Source: a virus (lineage: Duplodnaviria; Caudoviricetes). From it: DNA of 64,000 bases. Below the pieces are notes generated by a model that saw nothing but the letters and a program-made list of their open reading frames with translations, searched no databases and was not told the DNA's origin. The stretch is taken from IMG/VR virus record IMGVR_UViG_3300028048_000038, positions 345,538-409,537 of that record. The stretch is one strand, 5' to 3'. This document shows positions 58,459-64,000 of this stretch, piece after piece. The translations under genes and the position numbers were made by a program. The first letter of the stretch is position 1. Each line of letters begins with the position of its first letter.

Positions 58459-60285
58459 TTATTCAAAATTGATGGTAAGAGTACCAACTGGGTTGGTTAT
58501 TGTTTTGTTTCCACCAACGTTGTACATGATAAACACTTGGTTATGCTGTTCGAAGTTGTTTGAAGTCACCTTAACACCATTATACTTACAGTTCTTGAAA
58601 TTGAACGTCCAAGTAGACATTGCAGTCAAATTGCCACTCAATCCATCATCACCAGTAGATGGCTGATAGAGTAACAATCCAGCCCAATACCAAGAACTTG
58701 TAGACAAACTGTTCTCATAAGTCCATTCAATATTCTCGAAGTTGACGGTAACACCAGTTGAGTTTGCATAGTTTGCGATTCTTGCGATGTTGCTGTTGTC
58801 AACTGTCAAGTTGAACTTAGAGTCCTTGATTGTAATCACAGCATTGTTTGTTGGCTTATAAATGTTAAATACATTATGAGCAAGTGATGGGTCATCGACT
58901 GTCACATTGCTTGCCGTGAACTTTACAAGGTTTGCATTTGTCTGGTCACCCTCGAACACATTGTATACAGTTGAGCCATCCTTTACATTGATGTTTGAAA
59001 GTTCAACGATAGGTGCTGAATAGTTAATCTTACCGTTTATAGTACCATCCTGGGAACCAGATACATCAAGACCATCCACGATGATTGAGTTTGATGCCAT
59101 CAATTCCACTGTGCTGTCAACACTTGCGTCAGAGATTGAAATGCTCTTAAACACCTTTCCATTGCCCTTTGTAAGTGCCTCTAGGGTCTCCTCACTCTCC
59201 AAGAACAAATCAACGTCATTTGGCTCTGAAATGGCTTGTACGTCACTTGCTGTCTGTGGTACTACCAACTCCGAATCGAAGAAGCCACAATCAAGCATGT
59301 TTGCGAACTTGATACCGTCCTTGTCAACGGTGATTGGGTTCTTGATTCCGCTTGCAGAGAACTTTGAAGCAACAGCCTTAACCTTATTGGATGCAATTGA
59401 GATACCGTCACTACCCTCAAGTCTCTCAGCATCAGCCTTTGCGTCAATTGCTGCTTGTATGCCTTGCACCTTGATACCATCCTCGTCAACAACCAAGAAG
59501 TCCTCACTGTGTGCGTTATACTTGATTGAGATTACGTTATGGTCATTATCAACGGTGATACCATCACCAGCGGTATAGAAGTCAACAAGGTCTTTGGTGT
59601 TAATATAGATTGTGTCAGCGTTTGCAAACTCAATCTTGATTGCTGTATCTGGTCCATCTGGGTCTTCAGTGAACGTGTCACCATCCCATGTACCGTGTAC
59701 GAGCGAACCACCACTTACAACCATGTCCTTTGGAATGTCGATTCTACCAATCTCTTCCTTGTCGCCATCAACACCTTGTGAAAGGATATAGGTCTTGAGA
59801 TAGCCGCTTGTAGGGGTCTCTGCTGTCTCAAGAGAGATTTTAAGCTTGTTCTGAAGTGAAGTTTTAAGTTCACTTAATGCGTCAGCTACCGTATGTTCTG
59901 AAGTGAAACCTTCACCAAGTCTGCCATTAATGTCATTGATTGCTGCTGTAAGGGTTGTACCCTCGATACCATCACCGATGATTGCGTTGATAGCAGCAAC
60001 CTCTTGTTTGAGTTCGGTTACGTCTGCTGTACTACCGTCAATATCAAGGATGGTATAAGATGACTGGCCACCACCAGCATTCTCCATCTCTGCTGCATTA
60101 GCATAGAAACCAACCAATGTACGGATGATGGGGTCTCCACCAAACGCTGGTTCAAGATAACGTGCCAACTTTGCAACACCATCGTTTGTACCCTCTTGAA
60201 TCAAACCTTGGATAGCTTGCTGTTTGTTTGCGTAAACCTTACCATTACGCAATAAACCTAATGAATAAAGATTTTTTACTGCCAT
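58459..60285 (-). CDS. Tail-fibre/appendage-like protein
   Basis: Shared N-terminal domain, IDIPKDMVV module, C-terminal domain paralogous to 49974-53018. Confidence 0.65.
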   Translation of the reverse strand: MAVKNLYSLGLLRNGKVYANKQQAIQGLIQEGTNDGVAKLARYLEPAFGGDPIIRTLVGFYANAAEMENAGGGQSSYTILDIDGSTADVTELKQEVAAINAIIGDGIEGTTLTAAINDINGRLGEGFTSEHTVADALSELKTSLQNKLKISLETAETPTSGYLKTYILSQGVDGDKEEIGRIDIPKDMVVSGGSLVHGTWDGDTFTEDPDGPDTAIKIEFANADTIYINTKDLVDFYTAGDGITVDNDHNVISIKYNAHSEDFLVVDEDGIKVQGIQAAIDAKADAERLEGSDGISIASNKVKAVASKFSASGIKNPITVDKDGIKFANMLDCGFFDSELVVPQTASDVQAISEPNDVDLFLESEETLEALTKGNGKVFKSISISDASVDSTVELMASNSIIVDGLDVSGSQDGTINGKINYSAPIVELSNINVKDGSTVYNVFEGDQTNANLVKFTASNVTVDDPSLAHNVFNIYKPTNNAVITIKDSKFNLTVDNSNIARIANYANSTGVTVNFENIEWTYENSLSTSSWYWAGLLLYQPSTGDDGLSGNLTAMSTWTFNFKNCKYNGVKVTSNNFEQHNQVFIMYNVGGNKTITNPVGTLTINFE

Positions 60286-60442
60286 AATTATTTCAAATAT
60301 TTTGTTTCTTGTAAATTATTATTTCCTATATAATAAATATTTGGTAAAATCCATTTCTATGAAATTGTGAAACATAAAAAAAGGTTAGGGTTTTTCTTAA
60401 CCCCAACCCCTTTTATCATTGTTTTTATATCATCATTTCTGA

Positions 60443-62512
60443 TTAACTATAGTAACCACAATCAATGCTATCGAATGTCAATGTAACTGCACCACCTTCA
60501 GCAGTTGTAACTGTGATTGGTGAACTTTGAGTGCTACTTGCAGGAGCACTTGTAATTGCAAGAGGAGCAACCTTGTTAGTTAATGTAACAGCCTTACCAT
60601 TAACAGATACACCACTGATGTACTCATCCTCAACAACATCAAGTCTTCCATCAAGGTCTGCCAAAGCAGCAGCAGTAACTCTCTCTGCCTCTGTGAATGC
60701 TGATTCAACAACCTTAACAGCATCCTTAACACTTGTGTCTTCTGTGATTGCGGTGAAACCACTTCCATCAGCAGTGAAACCACTCATCTTAATCTTAGAA
60801 GCATCAGTGATGACATCAACCTCTACAGTACCGTCAGCAGTATTAGCAGTTGAGATGTCAATGCTACTATTGGTAGAAGAAATCTCAGTTATTGTCTTTG
60901 CACTAAGCTCTGCAAGGTCATCAGCAGATGCGAGGTCATCTTCACTTACAGTAACTGAAACGAGCTTACCATTTTCCTCTACGATTTCAACACCAACGTG
61001 TCCACTGTTTCCACTGTTACTAACAGTTGAATCAAGGTTAGCAACAGCAGTATCAATTGCATCTTGAACACCAGAGAGTTTGAAACCATCAGCGCCAACT
61101 GTCAAGAATGGCTCAGAAGTTGGGTCAACAACACCATGAGCAACATGGTTAGTCACAGTTACACCACTTGCGAACTCAGCCTCAAGAACGAGTTCTGAAA
61201 TATCAACATATGCAACTTGTGTTGCACCAGAAGCATCTAAGTATGTGTAGATGAGGTTCTGATAATGTTCTTGATTAGGGTCATCTTGGTAAGTAATACT
61301 TACAATATGACTGTCCTTGTAAATCTTAACTGGGTCACCAATTGTCACATTGTCTTCACCAACTAAGTGATATTCCTCCTTAACTTCTTCTGAAAGTCCA
61401 GTTGTTACTTTTACAATCTCAAGAAGTGAACTGATTGTCTTTGTATTAGTTGACGAATCAACATCTGAAATATGGATAGTATTTTCATCGCCAACATACT
61501 GTGTCAATGCAGCAGAAGCAACCTTAAGTTTCTTGCTTGTACCATCTTGAATAATAGTCTCATTATCTATATTAACCTCAAAGTTAACTCCACCATCTTC
61601 ATTGTCAGTAAGAACAATTGTCTGAGCACTTGAAGAAATTGAACCTCTTTCAACTGTAATTTCGCCAAGAGACTCACTTACGCTCTTAACAAAATTCTTT
61701 GCTATAGCATTATCAGTTTTACTTGGAAGTGGTTCACGTGTTACTGAAATAACACCATTAACCTCGTCAACCTTTGATACATAATTGCCAGTTACAGCAG
61801 TGTCGGTGTAATCAAGACCGTCAATTTTGTCATCAAGTTCTGCAAGAGCAGCTTCTACAGTAGTAGCACTGAATTTACCTGCTGCATCGTTGATGCCTAC
61901 ATACTGTGCATCTATTGTGCCAGCAGTTGCTGAAATTTCACCATTACTTTCACTTACAGCAGTGATAGCCTTACCAGATTCTGAAATTGCATTTACAGAT
62001 GGAAGAGCAACTCTAGTCACAGAGATTTTGCCATCAACTTGATTTACCTCTGATACATAACTACCAGTTTCAGCAGTATCTGTGTAATCAAGAGTACCAA
62101 GAAGGTCATATGCATACTTCTTAGCGCCTTCAACAGATGTTGTAGCAGAAGTATCAGTAGCAGAATTACCACTCAATGCAGCAAGCTGTTCTGTAGCTGT
62201 GTTGTCAGATGTAATACCTTCACCAAGTTTTGCATTAATCTCTTGTCTTAATTTCTCAACATCACCACTTGCACCCTCAGTATCGAAGATTGTAATGTCA
62301 TGTTTTTCGCCTGTTACATAAACAAAACCAACGATTGTTTTAATGACAGTTGTACCACTCTCTACTGTTGAATAACGAGCAAGCAAGGCAGTACCATCAG
62401 CCGCATCTCCCTTATGTGCGTTTAAAAGAGAAATAGCAGCATCACGTGTGATGTTAACATCTTGGTTTCTTAAGAACTTAACGTTCTGTACATTGTTGTT
62501 AATTATTGCCAT
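60443..62512 (-). CDS. Tail-fibre/appendage-like protein
   Basis: Repeated YVS.V.E.DG.I.V units, Thr/Ser/Ala-rich, C-terminal IDCGYY. Confidence 0.65.
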   Translation of the reverse strand: MAIINNNVQNVKFLRNQDVNITRDAAISLLNAHKGDAADGTALLARYSTVESGTTVIKTIVGFVYVTGEKHDITIFDTEGASGDVEKLRQEINAKLGEGITSDNTATEQLAALSGNSATDTSATTSVEGAKKYAYDLLGTLDYTDTAETGSYVSEVNQVDGKISVTRVALPSVNAISESGKAITAVSESNGEISATAGTIDAQYVGINDAAGKFSATTVEAALAELDDKIDGLDYTDTAVTGNYVSKVDEVNGVISVTREPLPSKTDNAIAKNFVKSVSESLGEITVERGSISSSAQTIVLTDNEDGGVNFEVNIDNETIIQDGTSKKLKVASAALTQYVGDENTIHISDVDSSTNTKTISSLLEIVKVTTGLSEEVKEEYHLVGEDNVTIGDPVKIYKDSHIVSITYQDDPNQEHYQNLIYTYLDASGATQVAYVDISELVLEAEFASGVTVTNHVAHGVVDPTSEPFLTVGADGFKLSGVQDAIDTAVANLDSTVSNSGNSGHVGVEIVEENGKLVSVTVSEDDLASADDLAELSAKTITEISSTNSSIDISTANTADGTVEVDVITDASKIKMSGFTADGSGFTAITEDTSVKDAVKVVESAFTEAERVTAAALADLDGRLDVVEDEYISGVSVNGKAVTLTNKVAPLAITSAPASSTQSSPITVTTAEGGAVTLTFDSIDCGYYS

Positions 62513-62672
62513 AATTTTTTAAATATTTTATTCTTATTATTATTCGTTATTTTCAATCGTTAATAATAAATATTTCTCTTTTTTATAAAAATTGTTTTTA
62601 ATTTAGAAAAATTTTATGTATCTTTGCATAACAGTTCAAGATTTATTGTTTAACGTTAAAATTAATGGAATC

Positions 62673-63872
62673 ATGACCAATAAGGTTATTTACAAGGTAA
62701 CGTTCTCAAGGAACGGTTATGTCCGCAAGGACGGAACAAGACAAGTCATCATATCTTGTCATCAGAATGGTAGGTCAATTCAGATAAACACCAAGATATT
62801 CGTGCATAAGTCACAGCTCAAGGATGGGTTTGTGCGTGGTCATAGGTTGTCACTTGAATATAATAGGTATCTATACAAGCTTAAAAACGATTTTGAGAGG
62901 CTTGAATTGGACATGGTGCTAAGTGGCAAGCACGTGTCGTTATCTGCGCTCAGAAGGCAAATAAACGAGGGAATACGCAATGATATGCCACTCTCTGAGT
63001 TCGTTGCTTCCGTTAACAAGTCATCCACAACAAGGTCTGAGAAGACAAAGGCAACTTATATCACACTTGTGAATCAGATATACAAGTTCTCGAACAACTG
63101 TTCAATAAACGACATTGACGTTGACTTCATCAACTCATTCATAAGGTGGTGTGGCAATTGTGGATTGCAGCATAACACCATCGTGGGAAGACTTAAATGC
63201 ATAAGGGCGTTAATCAATGAGGCAATAAAGAGGAGGCTTATAAAGCAAGAGGATGACCCATTTAACTTCATCAAAATTCCAATGATGAAGAATAGGGATG
63301 AGTTCTTATCTAGTGAAGAGATTGGAAAGCTTGAGAGGATGAAATTGAAGGGAAAGGAAAGGAAGATATTAAATGCTTTCCTATTCGCTTGTTATACTGG
63401 ATTCCGATTCTCTGACCTCAATTCCATTAAGAATGAGAATATAAAGGTTATAAATGGCAAGAAATGGCTTATAAAGAAACCATTGAAGACATTGGAGACA
63501 TCTGATGTCACCGTTAAAATTCCGATATATATGATATTCGATGGAAAGCCATTGAGGATGATTGATGAATTGTATAACGGCAATGTGGAGAGATTATGCC
63601 ACATTGGTAATAACTCAAGTGCAAATAGGACATTGAAGGAGGTTATGAGGAAGGCGAAGATAAAGGATTGCGATAAGAGAAGGATTACATTCCACTGTGC
63701 AAGGCATACTGCTGCAACATTGCTATTGCAGCAAGGTGTACCAATGACAACGGTGCAGAAGATATTAGGGCATACAAAGCTGACAACAACACAGATATAC
63801 GCAAACGTAAATGAGAAGGTTATTGAAAATGACGTTAAGAAAGTGTTCCAAAAGAAAAAGAAAACAGATTAG
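62673..63872 (+). CDS. Tyrosine recombinase/integrase (Bacteroidota-type, arm-binding + SAM-like + catalytic domains)
   Basis: YTGFRFSD, KT, FHCARHT, LGH, TQIYA catalytic set. Confidence 0.92.
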   Translation: MTNKVIYKVTFSRNGYVRKDGTRQVIISCHQNGRSIQINTKIFVHKSQLKDGFVRGHRLSLEYNRYLYKLKNDFERLELDMVLSGKHVSLSALRRQINEGIRNDMPLSEFVASVNKSSTTRSEKTKATYITLVNQIYKFSNNCSINDIDVDFINSFIRWCGNCGLQHNTIVGRLKCIRALINEAIKRRLIKQEDDPFNFIKIPMMKNRDEFLSSEEIGKLERMKLKGKERKILNAFLFACYTGFRFSDLNSIKNENIKVINGKKWLIKKPLKTLETSDVTVKIPIYMIFDGKPLRMIDELYNGNVERLCHIGNNSSANRTLKEVMRKAKIKDCDKRRITFHCARHTAATLLLQQGVPMTTVQKILGHTKLTTTQIYANVNEKVIENDVKKVFQKKKKTD

Positions 63873-64000
63873 TTCTAGGGGGAGGTAGTGTATCTACATT
63901 AAAGGAAACAGTCATTATAAACTTATCTCAGCAGAATGGAGCTGACGCAGATTTGGTGGGTGCAACAATACAGATATTGAACAATGGCACATCTGAATTA

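Noticed and set aside
1-64000. TAG-to-Gln recoding (genetic code 15) as in Lak and some crAss-like phages
   Set aside because: Long genes are intact in code 11 and several end at TAG (kptA, clpC, HNH, recombinase). Reading TAG 44276 as Gln would not restore the frame.
1-64000. tRNA, rRNA or tmRNA genes
   Set aside because: No cloverleaf or T-loop signature was noticed in intergenic regions by eye; tRNAscan-SE or ARAGORN would be decisive.

Overview
This window is part of a large (probably jumbo) T4-like myophage genome read in the standard genetic code. The host is most likely Bacteroidota, since about 17 TTTG...TAnnTTTG promoters are present. Positions 1-27.7 kb hold a mostly minus-strand virion module: tail tube, sheath, major capsid, prohead core, prohead protease, portal, terminase, several head-associated multidomain proteins and two free-standing endonucleases. 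Positions 27.7-50 kb are metabolic and accessory genes: ThyA, ClpC-like ATPase, Thg1, RlaP-like nucleotidyltransferase, SF1 helicase, dNMP kinase, two metallophosphoesterases, ABC-ATPase/GNAT and a C5 methyltransferase. Positions 50-64 kb hold tail-fibre-like paralogues, glycosyltransferases, an HNH nuclease, a BspA-type LRR protein and a tyrosine recombinase. The most notable signals are not in the ORF track: (1) a candidate programmed ribosomal bypass (ACG-TAGTT-ACG behind a perfect 10-bp hairpin) that restores a phosphoesterase active site; (2) a candidate -1 frameshift extending a head protein; (3) an ORF-less group I intron in a second phosphoesterase; (4) an ArfA/BrfA-like small ORF with a terminator before its stop codon; (5) a shared N-terminal 'KKxIRLTESxL' tag on putative capsid cargo proteins; (6) an HNH insertion with gene 3'-end replacement. 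All protein calls come from motif recognition by eye; no database searches were run.
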